64,000 nucleotides of DNA from the NCBI GenBank assembly GCA_951406725.2, contig OX597818.1, positions 69,688,001 through 69,752,000 on the forward strand, read 5' to 3'. Positions 52,937-64,000 of this stretch are shown here, in pieces. The notes under the pieces were generated by a model. It ran no database searches, was not told where the DNA came from, and was given only the letters and a program-made list of their open reading frames with translations. The position numbers were made by a program, and so were the translations under genes. Each line of letters opens with the position of its first letter. The first letter of the stretch is position 1. Source of the DNA: Octopus vulgaris (Eukaryota).

Positions 52937-53337
52937 AGGTGCAGGAGTGGCTATGTGGTAAGTAGCTTGCTTACCAACCACATGGTTATGGATTCAGTCC
53001 CACTGAGTGACACCTTGGGCAAGTGTCTTCTACTATAGCCTCAGGCCGACCAAAGCCTTGTGAGTGGATTTGGTAGACGGAAACTGAAAGAAGCCCATCG
53101 TATATATGTATATATATATATATATATGTATATGTCTGTGTTTGTCCCCCCAACATCGCTTGACAACCGATGCTGGTGTGTTTACATCCCCGTAGCTTAG
53201 CAGTTCGGCAAAAGATAATGATAGAATAAGTACTAGGCTTACAAAGAATAAGTCCTGGTGTCGATTTGCTCGACTAAAAGGCGGTGCTCCAGCATGGCCA
53301 CAGTCAAATAACTGAAACGAATAAAAGAATAAAAGAG
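52937..53337 (+). mobile_element. tRNA-derived SINE family B, full-length
   Basis: Head ggagtggctatgtggtaag...ggattcagtccc, CORE-like ccttgggcaagtgtctt, internal (TA)n, (gaataaaa)n tail. Confidence 0.88.
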
Positions 53338-54494
53338 GACGGAAAAGAGATATATAACGCTTTGCAACTATTTCCTGCACAGAAATGAAGACAAAGTCAC
53401 AACACATCACAGCCATTTCCAAATCTTACAGCAAATATTTTCTGCCAATGCGAAAATGTTTAAGATGATCTGAAGACTTATACAGTATTAGTTTAATAAA
53501 TGCAGCAGACTCTGCAACACTGTAATCAATTTGATAACAGCCTGCTGATAGCAGCTTTTAAGAACTGTAATTCTGTCATTTTCCCAGAATTAAGCAAGAA
53601 ACTCAATTCTTATCTTTCACCATCCGCTGACATGTGCATTAACTTCACAGAGTGTCTTGGTTATGGAAATGGTTGCTATTAAGGAATGCTGCTATGCTTT
53701 GGGAAATGGGTACAAGACAATAATCTGTTAGAAGAACTTGTTAACGTTTGGTTTGGTTCTAGCCATTCAGGTATCTGCAAGAATTGTTTTAAAACATTCA
53801 TTAAATGTTGAGGAAAAGTGGCCTCTCTGAAAACACATCAAACAGTGCTTCTAACATTACTTTAGATGTGTGTATATGCATGTGTGTGTGTGGAGTGTTT
53901 ACCACATGCAGTGAGATATGCTATAGACAGAGATATACACACATGTAGCTGAGATGCATGTGTGTTTGTGTGTGCCCATGTGTGTGTGTATGGATGGATG
54001 GATGGTTAGGTTGCAGCAGATTCAATAAGGAGGATCCAATTGTTCTATCGACAGAATTCTCCACCCATTCCACAAGTGCATTGAGTATTTCAAGACACAG
54101 AAGTAAATAGACACCACTATAATCATTAAAATTCATTTAAATCTGAAATTTATACATTCACATTATATATTAATTATTATAATGTGATTATATAGTATTT
54201 AGTAGACATGCTCTTTACATTTTTCAATGCAAGGACCCTATTAGGCATGTTACTGATCAGATGAGAAATATTCTCTTGACGAATTTCTTGTCAAGTTTCA
54301 TGCAGTAATTTCAAAAGAGCTGGCTTTGAGGATGTCCTGTCCATTATGCCCGTAATCGCATTATCTTTAATCATTTTTGCTAAAGCTTCTATGGTTTCCA
54401 TTTACATTTCTGTGAAACAGCTTGAAACATTCTTTAAAATTATCAAGTAAATTTCAGTTGCCTTTTCCACTTTTTGTAGAGTATTGTCATCAAT

Positions 54495-54701
54495 GCAACG
54501 TCCACTTTCCAATGCTTGCATGGGTCAGAGGAATTTATTGAGGCAGTTTTTATATGGTCAGGTGGCCTTCCTGTTGCCATCACTAGTCTTTTTCCAAACA
54601 AAGTAATATTACCCCAGGGCATGGAAAACTGGAAACAAACAACTTTGTTGAATGATGGTGATGATGCTCGTTTACTAAGATAATGTTCTCCAAAAATAAG
54701 G

Positions 54702-54741
<40 letters not shown>

Positions 54742-54890
54742 CACGCTTCTTGTTTATGTCTACAGAATCCACTCACAGAGATTTCGTTGACCTGGGCTAC
54801 AACAGAAGACGTTTGTCCCAGTTGTCATGCGGTGGGATTGACCCTGAGACATCATGATTAGGGAGTGGGTGTCTCACCCATTGCCCATGC
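54495..54890 (-). mobile_element. RTE-tail-related fragment plus decayed family B SINE head
   Basis: aacgtccactttccaatgcttgcatgggtc; tctacagaatccactcacagag...ggtgggattgaccc. Confidence 0.55.
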
Positions 54891-55193
54891 TTTTTATGCA
54901 GAAGTGGAGGCTGTTTCTTTTTTCAAAATATCATTCATCAACTCACAATCACAAATCACTTGATACTAAAACGTGGATTACTTTACGAGTGATATAAAAT
55001 AAGATCTATTTCATTTTAACAGTTTTTTCTGATGTTAATTTTAATACCAAAAGATCAGAAGAACTGCAAATCCCATATTCTCTTCACAGACGTAACTATT
55101 TATATGACTTTAGCTTGCTTTCTCCAAAGAAAATACTAAAAGTCACAAGCTTGTCTCAAACTACAGAAATATGTTGCTTCAATATGGCCTCAA

Positions 55194-55443
55194 CCCTTTC
55201 GTTACTGTATTTCTGTTGAGATGCTCTATTGAGATGCTCTGTGTTTCTTTCGGCCGGGTTGGAATCAAGTAATTTTAAATATAACAAAGAATTTAGTAAA
55301 ATAACTTGGTTATCATTAAGCTAGTGTTAGGAACATAAATTGTGACTAAGGTTTGGTGGAAGATTTTAATTTGATACATATGAAAACAAGACATTTGTAT
55401 TATAGAGCCAGAGGCGGTTTCGGCCAGGTTGGTATCAAAAGGG
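55194..55443. mobile_element. piggyBac-type MITE with TCAA flanks
   Basis: TIRs ccctttcgttac / gtatcaaaaggg; TCAA on both sides; degraded relative at about 63040-63190. Confidence 0.75.
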
Positions 55444-55530
55444 TCAACTTGGTTCATGCTGTGAAAAGACATGACTACAACTGCACTTGCTTCAGGTCAT
55501 GGCAAAACATGCATCCAATAAGACTAGTGC

Positions 55531-55679
55531 TTGCTTCATGTTGTAGGCAGATATGGCTATAATCTACCTGAGTTTGCTTCATGTTGTAGGCAGATATGGA
55601 TATAATCTACCTGAGTTTGCTTCATGTTGTGGGCAGGTATGGCTATAATCTACCTGAGTTTACTTCATGTGGTGGGACA
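55531..55679. repeat. 43-bp tandem repeat, about 3.4 copies
   Basis: Unit ttgcttcatgttgtaggcagatatggctataatctacctgagt. Confidence 0.95.
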
Positions 55680-56563
55680 TCTCTATTTAATGAATCTTTT
55701 GCATGATTCCAATCAAGGTAACCAATTAATTGCATAAACACTTTCGTTTGAACATTCACAATTAAAATCTCTTCAAAGAAACAGAAAGTTGCATCTCTAA
55801 TAATTGAATATTCTAACCATTTTTTGAATGATTATCCAGTTTTTATTTTTCAGATTGAAAATTGGATAACTAGGTAACTTGTTAATTTTAGATGAAGATC
55901 CTGGAGCAGTGGTAGAGTCTTTCTTGGAGTATAATTCTGACAAGAACATTTGTTTAAGTTCGATGGTATTTAATATTACTACAGCAGTAATGGACTTTTA
56001 ATTTTCTTTTATATTTTGTTACAAATTTATCCATAATCTAAATGAATTTAAAGAAATTATTAGTATAAACAGAACAATATTGTTGTTGGTTTTTGTTAAA
56101 TGATTATAAATTTATATAAATTGGTTGATTTTTGTACAATAAATTAAAATTTATGTAAATAAATATTCTTCAATTGAAATGATTTTCATTGTTTTACAAA
56201 CTTCATTATTTGATCAAAAGAAAGAATAATATTGGTAAATATAAGAAGAAAATATGTGCATCCACAAAGATGTCCGTTTCTTTTCTTGAGAGAAATAAAT
56301 TCAATTATTGATGTTTACTCGTTTATTTTTTCTCTCATTAATTAACAAGTTCATCTTACATTGGTGTTGGTTTAAAAGAAAGATATTTGTATTGTTTGTT
56401 TTTTTTAAATTGTCTTTAATGTTAAATGACAAAAAGCATGTTATGAAGTCCATTATCACTAATTGAATCTTACATCTCTATTCTACATGAAACTGCAATA
56501 ATTTTGAAGAACATTATTCCTGATAGTGTTAGTGTAGTACTTTATTATAATCCAAATAATGTA

Positions 56564-57813
56564 TCGGGTCAGCCCATAAATAATGTGTTTTTTTTGTACT
56601 TCTTTTGTTTTTCAAAATTAAGATAAACAAAATTCTTTTATAATCTAAAATATACTCTCCTTCATTTTCTACAATACTCTTCCATCTCTCTGGTAGACTC
56701 ACAAGGCCCCTCTTCCAAAATTCAGTTGTCCATGAAGAAATATACTCCTCCAGGAATGTTCTGATCTCATCAACAGAATTCATATTTTTTTTCATTCAAA
56801 TGATTTTGAAGACTGCCCAATAAATGATAATCAGATGGGACAATATCAGGCAAATATGATGAGTGGAGCATCATTTCCCATTCAAACTGATCCAGCCTTT
56901 GGAATGTCATCCTCTCTGCATGTGACCAAGCATTATCCTGAGGGAAGAATTCTTTTCATCTTGAAACCAAAGATGGTCGTTTTTCTTCCAGTGCTAACTT
57001 AAACCACTCAAGTTGCTTTCCTTTGTTATCATTTGGTTTGGGTTTAAAAGTTCAAAATGGACTAAACCTTTCATATTCCACCAAACAGATAACAACACCT
57101 TACATAGGTGAAGACCTTCTTTAGCCTGGGGTGCCAATGTTTCTCCTTTCCCTATCCACTGTCTTCAGCACTTTACGTTTTTATAGAGAACCCATTTCTC
57201 ATCACCAGTCACTGTTCAGTCCAAAACAGGTTCATTCATGAGATGTGACAGCAAAGAAGAGCACACGTTCACACTCTGGAACACATTGACCCAATTTTCT
57301 CACTTTTCCAATGGCACACAGGTGTCGATGAATCTTGGATGATCAAATCCAAACGTTTCTACTAGTTCTTCAACAGTTACAATGGGATTTTGTTCCACCA
57401 GGATTTTGCAGGACATCCTTGTTGAACTCTGCAGATCTTTCAGAATGAAGCTCGTCTTCTAGGCTGTAGATTCTGGTTCGGAATTTCTGGAATCACTGTT
57501 GGCACTGGTTTACACTTATTGTCCTATCCCCATAGACTGCATTAATATTCCTCACACTTTCTGCTGCGTTGTTGCTTTTATTGAATTCTTAAAGCAAAAT
57601 ATGCCAAATATACTCCTTTGTCACTTCTAATATAGCTTTGAAAAGATAACTGTTAAAACTGAACTGCACTCTTCAAATCTTGCACTAAGAATAAGTACAA
57701 GGTAAAATTACTACCTGCTTTTATTGGAAGTTGATGCAGGTAGTTTATCCCATCTGACTCCGACTTTTGGTTCATGTAATTGAAAAAACCACATTATTTA
57801 TAAGATGACCCAA
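56564..57813 (-). mobile_element. Full-length but decayed mariner transposon
   Basis: TIRs tcgggtcagcccataaataatgtg / cacattatttataagatgacccaa, TA on both sides; minus VTGDEKWVLY, HSSYLPDIVPSDYHL, FWKRGLVSLPERWKSIVENEGEYI. Confidence 0.92.
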
Positions 57814-57947
57814 TATTTCATAAAGACAGAAATTATATATGATCACCGTAAATATTATCTGAATTGGTGTGCAATATCTATGACCCATGGACAGATGTGT
57901 GTGTCTTACTGCAACAGTCCTTTGTAACTAGCATGTATTGGTTTCAG

Positions 57948-58037
57948 ATTGTTTTAATAAACAGTTTGGTCAGAAAACTATTCCAGAAATGTACATTTCC
58001 CGTGAATTTCCTCTTCACACTCACTTCAAGACATGTC
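57948..58037 (+). other. Candidate internal exon (90 nt) of an unidentified host gene
   Basis: tttcag acceptor, gtaagc donor, length divisible by 3, open in two frames, non-repetitive; no homology recognised. Confidence 0.3.
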
Positions 58038-58879
58038 GTAAGCATAAATTTGCACTCAGCAACAAACAAAAATAGCCGATGCTATATTAGGAAAGTAAAA
58101 CTGGCTAAAAAGAAACCCGTAAATATAGATTTTTCAAATGAATTGAAATAGATGATGGTTAAATAGTTGAATTTCCCAAACGAAAATTTTAATGGAATGT
58201 TTCAGATTTTAATGCTTTTTTTTGTTTTTGTGACTAATTCTCTGAATCTGAGAATGCTAGATGAGCGTTAAGGCATTAAATATTGTAATAATATTTGTCT
58301 TGCTATCCATTTCCATTTGCCACCACATTAAAAACTGGATGAGCTTCATAGTCGAGCAGATCAGTTTCAAATGTTCTGAGATCCTCAACATTGCTTTAGT
58401 GATGTTTCTAGACACACTCTTATAATATATACGACAAGACATTTTAAACAGACGAAGCAAAAAAAAAAAAAAAAAAATCTGCTGCAGGGTTTCATGTCTT
58501 TATTTATCTGTTTTAGTTCACTTGTAAATCGTTTTCTGACTCAAGAAAACAGAAAATGGAGATGCAGTTGACGAATAACAATTGATTTACATCAATTATC
58601 ATTAATTAATTAATTACCAAAAGACTGAATCTCAACTTACAGCAGTTTCTTGTCTTAGTTAGAGGAGGAGAAACATTGATTAAGATCTCGTTAGGGGTTT
58701 CTGAGACATAATGCCAGACTGGAGTCCAAAGTGAGCCAAAATGGTTACAAGAATGTGACTTCTACTAAATACACACAAGTTCCAGTCGAGCTGTTCAACT
58801 GGGCAATAAACTCTTCCACCCTTTATAGAAATTATGTTCTTCATTGAAGAACAGATTAGCTTGAAATGTTGTAAGCTCA

Positions 58880-59440
58880 ACTGCAGGATTCAATTTATTA
58901 CATTTTACTTTTGACAAATTACAGCAGCAGGACTTGCACTGGATACATACCCACTTGGAAAAAAAAACTGCCCTGGAATAAATACAGAGAACCCCCCTGT
59001 TGTTGAATATATTGAATATATACACAAACATCAACACAAGGAATATTGTAGAAACATTCCCATCAAAACATCTGTCAAGTATAAACATAACAGGCCAGAT
59101 ATTGTTATTTGGGACAGACGAGTAAAATTATGTATCCTTACAAAGGTTAGCAGTCCTGCTGATGTAATTATCTCTTTTGAAAATCAAAGACAAAGAGCAT
59201 AGCTATGGATAAGTGCTTCGAAACGTCTAGCTTCTTCGATATCCAGATTATAAATTCACATTTACACAGGCAATAATAATTGGTGCAATTGGTTTTGTCA
59301 GTAAATACCAAACTGACAATCTGGATAAGCCTGGATTTTCAGAAAAACAAAACAGCCAACTAACTTGCACATTGCAAACACAATTTGTAAGTGGAACAGT
59401 AAATTTTTAAAAGTTTTAAAAGAATCTGACATTGTTTTTG
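58880..59440 (+). mobile_element. RLE-type non-LTR retrotransposon 3' end (decayed)
   Basis: EYIHKHQHKEY..NIPIKTSVKYKHNRPDIVIWD..V.SPAD. Confidence 0.8.
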
Positions 59441-59517
59441 ATATCTACATTGTGTCTTTGTTAGAAACTCACTTCCTTTCCCAGAGGAAGAATTTCAATA
59501 ATTAAAAACAGAAGAGA

Positions 59518-59671
59518 ACATACATACAGATGTACATACATACATACACACACACATACATACAGGCATACATACATACACACACACACACACACATACA
59601 TACATACATACATACATACATACATACATACATACATACACACATACATATATACATATATACATACATAT
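59518..59671. repeat. (TACA)n microsatellite
   Basis: Directly visible. Confidence 0.95.
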
Positions 59672-59689
59672 GCGTTTGTAATCCAGGAA

Positions 59690-60412
59690 CAGGAGATTGC
59701 CACAAAGTACCTGGTGAATAAGAGATGCAACCACAGGTGTCGGCTGTGTCATGTTTCTGTGGAAGACATTACGCATGTGATAAGCAGCTATCTTAATATG
59801 TCGTCACACTACTACTACCCTATTCAGCACGATACCATTGCTAAAACAATTTACAATGCCATCACAAAATGTCTGTCCTGAAATAAACTTAGAATATTCC
59901 TCTGTTATGGAATACATTCATAAACACCAATTCAAGGAATACTGGTGGAATACTCCCATCAAACCTTCTGTCAAAAGTAAGTGTAACTGGCCAGATATTG
60001 TTGTTTGGGGCAGAGGGGCAAAGATATGTACCATCATAGTGGTTAGGTGACCTGCAGATATAAATATCCCTTTGAAAATCAAAGAAAAAGAGGATATCTA
60101 TAGACAACTGGTTCGAAATTTCCACCTTCTAAATCCAGACTATAAATTCATATTCATACAAATAATAATTGGAGCTCTAAGTTTTGTTAGTAAATGCTTA
60201 AAGGAGAATCTGGATAAACTGGGATTTTCAGAAAGAGAAATTGACTGGCTGATCTGTACATTACAAGTGCAATCTGTGAGTGGAACAGTGAAAATATGCA
60301 AAACTTTTCTCAAGTTCCAAGTGTGAATTTGTCTCAGTTAACTACATCCCAAAGATGGAATCTTTGTTGGAAACCAGTTCCCTCCACAGGGAAGACTATA
60401 ATAAATAAAAAA
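59690..60412 (+). mobile_element. RLE-type non-LTR retrotransposon 3' end, second copy
   Basis: CRLCHVSVEDITHVISS (finger), HDT, WWNTPIK..NWPDIVVW, KIKEKEDIY, IIIGAL; A-rich end. Confidence 0.85.
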
Positions 60413-60435
60413 CAGAAGTCACATACATACATAGA

Positions 60436-61157
60436 CACCCATGCCAACCCCCCATGCTTGCGAAGACATGTTGGGGCAAGCGAAATCGAAACCGAATTGA
60501 ACCAGCCAGGATCCCTGGCCTGGTGGTACGTAAAAAGCACTATCCGACTCGTGGCCGTGGCACGTAAAATACTCCAATGCGACCGTACGACAGGCACCCA
60601 TGCCAACCCCCTTTGCTTGTGAAGACATGTTGGGGCAAGCGAAATCGAAATCGAATTGAACCAGCCAGGATCCCTGGTCTGGTGGTACGTAAAAAGCACT
60701 ATCCGACTCGTGGCCGTGGCACGTAAAATACTCCAATGCGACCGTACGACAGGCACCCATGCCAACCCCCTTTGCTTGTGAAGACATGTTGGGGCAAGCG
60801 AAATCGAATTGAACCAGCCAGGATCCCTGGTCTGGTGGTACGTAAAAAGCACTATCCGACTCGTGGCCGATACCAGCACCGCCTCGACTGGCTTCCGTGC
60901 TGGTGGCACATAAAATAAACCAATCTGACCGTGGCCGTTGCCAGCCTCGCCTGGCACCTGTGCAAGTGGCACGTAAAAAGCACCCACTACACTCACGGAG
61001 TGGTTGGCGTTAGGAAGGGCATCCAGCTGTAGAAACATTGCCAGATTAGACTGGAGCCTGGTGCAGCCTTCTGGCTTCCCAGAACCCCGGTCGAACCGTC
61101 CAACCCATGCTAGCATGGAGAACGGACGTTAAACGATGATGATGATGATGATGATGA
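60436..61157 (+). mobile_element. RTE 3'-UTR element with internal 159-bp tandem repeat (about 2.7 copies)
   Basis: Units start at 60436, 60595 and 60754; the standard RTE tail and (GAT)n follow. Confidence 0.9.
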
Positions 61158-61202
61158 TACATACATACATACATACATACATACACACATACATACATAC
61201 AT

Positions 61203-61233
<31 letters not shown>

Positions 61234-61366
61234 TACATACATACATACATACATACATACACACATACATACATACATACACACATACATACATACACAC
61301 ATACATACATACATACATACATACATACATACACACACATACATACATACACACATACATACACAC

Positions 61367-61399
<33 letters not shown>

Positions 61400-61404
61400 T
61401 ACAT

Positions 61405-61435
<31 letters not shown>

Positions 61436-61511
61436 TACATACATACATACATACATACATACATACACACATACATACATACATACATACATACATACAT
61501 ACATACATACA

Positions 61512-61545
<34 letters not shown>
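61157..61545. repeat. (TACA)n microsatellite
   Basis: Directly visible. Confidence 0.95.
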
Positions 61546-61546
<1 letters not shown>

Positions 61547-61729
61547 CTCATTATCCTTGTTGTTTGACATTTGTCTTTATGCTAGTATGGGTTAGATGGT
61601 TTGACAAGGTCTAACAAGCCAGTAGACTGTGTTGAGCTCTAATACCTGCTTTGATAAGGTTTCTATGGATTGATGCCATACCTAACACCAATTACTTTAC
61701 AGGGTATTCTGGGTACTTTTTTCATGAAC

Positions 61730-61799
61730 CAGCTCCTTAGGGATGTAAACACACCAACATCAGTTGTCACGTGATAGTGGGGGGACAAACATATACATG

Positions 61800-61851
<52 letters not shown>

Positions 61852-62070
61852 TAATAGTGGTTTTATCTCTAATTTATATTTTATATATATACATATATAT
61901 ATATATATATACATGACAGGCTTCTTTCAGTTTCCGTCTACCAGATACACTCACAAGGCTTTGGTTGGCCTGAGGCTATAGTAGAAGACACTTTCCCAAG
62001 GTTCCATGCAGTGAGACTGAACCAGAACCATGTGGTTGGGAAGCAAGCTTCTTACCACACAGCCAAGCCT
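61730..62070 (-). mobile_element. SINE family B with expanded internal (TA)n
   Basis: Reverse complement of the 52937-53190 region. Confidence 0.85.
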
Positions 62071-63249
62071 GTTGCTTGTATGTTTGAACTAATCTTAGTA
62101 TGTGTAAGTAAGAAAGAGAAAGAGAGACAGACAGACAGACAGAAAAACAGGCAGGCAGACAGACAGAGTCAGAGATCACAATGTTTTAGCAAGTCTAGCT
62201 TAATCTTTTGGCTGGACATATTAATGTTAATGCTGGGTTTGAAATAAATCTTATCTATTGACACAATGGAGCAACTATAAAAATATAAGCCCAAAGCCAA
62301 TTTAAATCCATTTGGTCTGTGAGTGTGTGTCATTTCATTCTGTCATCATTTTAATGCCTTCAAAAAATTTTGTTGGTTCCAAGAATAATTCATGAGACGT
62401 GTGGCAAAAAGTTTACCGTCTTTGGAACTGGAATGAACAAAGTAAGGCTTGAGGAAGTGAGAACATCACAGGTTGTCCAAACAGTGAGAGAGAGAGAGAG
62501 AGGGAGAGAATAAAAGGTGAGAAATGGGAAAGAGAGAAGTGAAAAAGAAAAAGAAAAAGAAACAGTGCAAAAAGAGAAATGAGAGAGAAGGAAAGATGAG
62601 AAAAGCAAAGCAAGAAAGAGAGAGAAGCGTTCAAAATGGTGAAAAATGAAATGTAGTCCACGGTCACAGAGAAATGGTAACCAAATCTTTGTTAAAGAAC
62701 ATTATGTATTGGATAATAACTGAATAAGAGATTGGCTGATCAAAGCTGGAATGTTTTTATTTATAAGCTTGCTCTATCAGGTCTGACTCGGGGCTAAACA
62801 GAATTGGTAGATTAATGATGGTTGTCTGTTGGCATGGAATGAGTTGGAAATGGAAGCAAACTAACTGCATATTAGTTTTCCTTGGGGTGAAATGAAATTG
62901 CAAATACTAAGCAGAGACTCTGTCTCCAAGCATCTTTCTTCGTCGCTGAGAGAAGAACGCATGCAAAATATTTTAATCTTTCTTTCTCTTTACATTATAC
63001 CCACACACACCCATGCACTTCATTTTCCTTGATCTTTTTATTTAGATATATTTGTTGAAATATATTGTTGTTGCAATAATTAATTTTGAAAACACAGAAG
63101 AAATTATCAAAATAGTTTTGATATTATTAATCTGATGTTTAGAATATAAATTAACATGAACTTTTCAAGAAAGATTTTAATTTACATTAGTTAATCAAAG
63201 AACAATAAGAAGACAGAGAACATGAAATAAAAGCACAAGTTGGAACAGT

Positions 63250-63410
63250 AAGGCCAGCGTTAAAATCATTCAATATCATGTGAGGCAAAATAATTAGCAG
63301 CATTCCGTCTGTCTTCACATTCTCAGTTCAAATCCCACTGAGGTCTACTTTGTTTTTCATCCCTTCCAGGGTTGATAAATAAGTACCAAATGAGTACTGA
63401 GATCGATTCA
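63250..63410 (+). mobile_element. SINE family A
   Basis: ctcagttcaaatcccactgaggtctactttgtttttcatcccttccagggttgataaataagtacc. Confidence 0.75.
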
Positions 63411-63593
63411 ATTTCAGAATTACAACTATTAGTGGTTTGAGTTTGGCTGCTCTTTCTAGTGAGTCGAATGTCCTATTATGGCCATTCCTTATATTGTTGA
63501 ATGTATATTATATAGTCTTTGACTATCTTTCCTTTCTCGCTAGACCACTGGTAGCGGAGAATTTTTTCTAGAATTTTTTGCTACCCTTATATT

Positions 63594-63631
<38 letters not shown>

Positions 63632-64000
63632 AAAATAAGACTAGGTAGAAAATGCTAAAATAATTTTATCATGAAGAACACTTTAGTACCAGTTTCAGTC
63701 TTAGAGTAAAGCATGAAAAACAATTAAATTGTGGAAAAATTAAATGAAATGTTTTTTAAAAATATTTCCATTGTTTTCAAATGCAAGAGACATTTTCTAT
63801 TTTTCTGCCTGTCTTTGTCTCTCTTTTTTGCTCTTGTGGGTTCTAGGTAGTTAGCAGCAGCTAGTTCCATATGAATTCTTGTCTTTGATTGTTTAAGCAG
63901 CAGTAGTAGTAAAGGAGGTAAAGAAGAAGAAGAAGAAGAAAAAGAAGAAGAAGAATGCAGGAGTGGTATGACAGTAGCAGAATGTTGGTGGAATCCTCTT

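Noticed and set aside
60334-61116. 260-aa minus-strand ORF as a CDS
   Set aside because: Antisense to an RTE 3' UTR; its length is explained by the 159-bp in-frame repeats.

Overview
AT-rich, repeat-saturated eukaryotic (animal) non-coding DNA, most likely intronic or intergenic. The repeat families and microsatellite load suggest a cephalopod such as Octopus; this is inferred from memory of these repeats and was not verified. No intact host gene is supported, and almost all ORF-track entries are microsatellite or antisense artefacts. The window contains: several tRNA-derived SINE families; many 5'-truncated RTE-LINE 3' ends; a nest of R4/Dong-like RLE non-LTR retrotransposons (27.6-31.7 kb) plus two more RLE 3' ends (58.9-60.4 kb); a decayed Ty3/Gypsy pol (5.9-7.6 kb); a decayed Penelope-like RT (35.2-36.7 kb); one Tc1 and two mariner relics; piggyBac-type MITEs; a solo-LTR candidate; and a Helitron/Helentron-like fragment. 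The main finding is a four-copy short element made of a Pol III tRNA-like head, an (AAT)n spacer, a minimal type I hammerhead ribozyme of the Penelope dimer type, and an (AATGTAAAT)n tail. One copy has an intact ribozyme core, and two copies form a head-to-head palindrome. Other degenerate hammerhead-like motifs also occur. Coordinates were read by eye, and boundaries of decayed elements are approximate.
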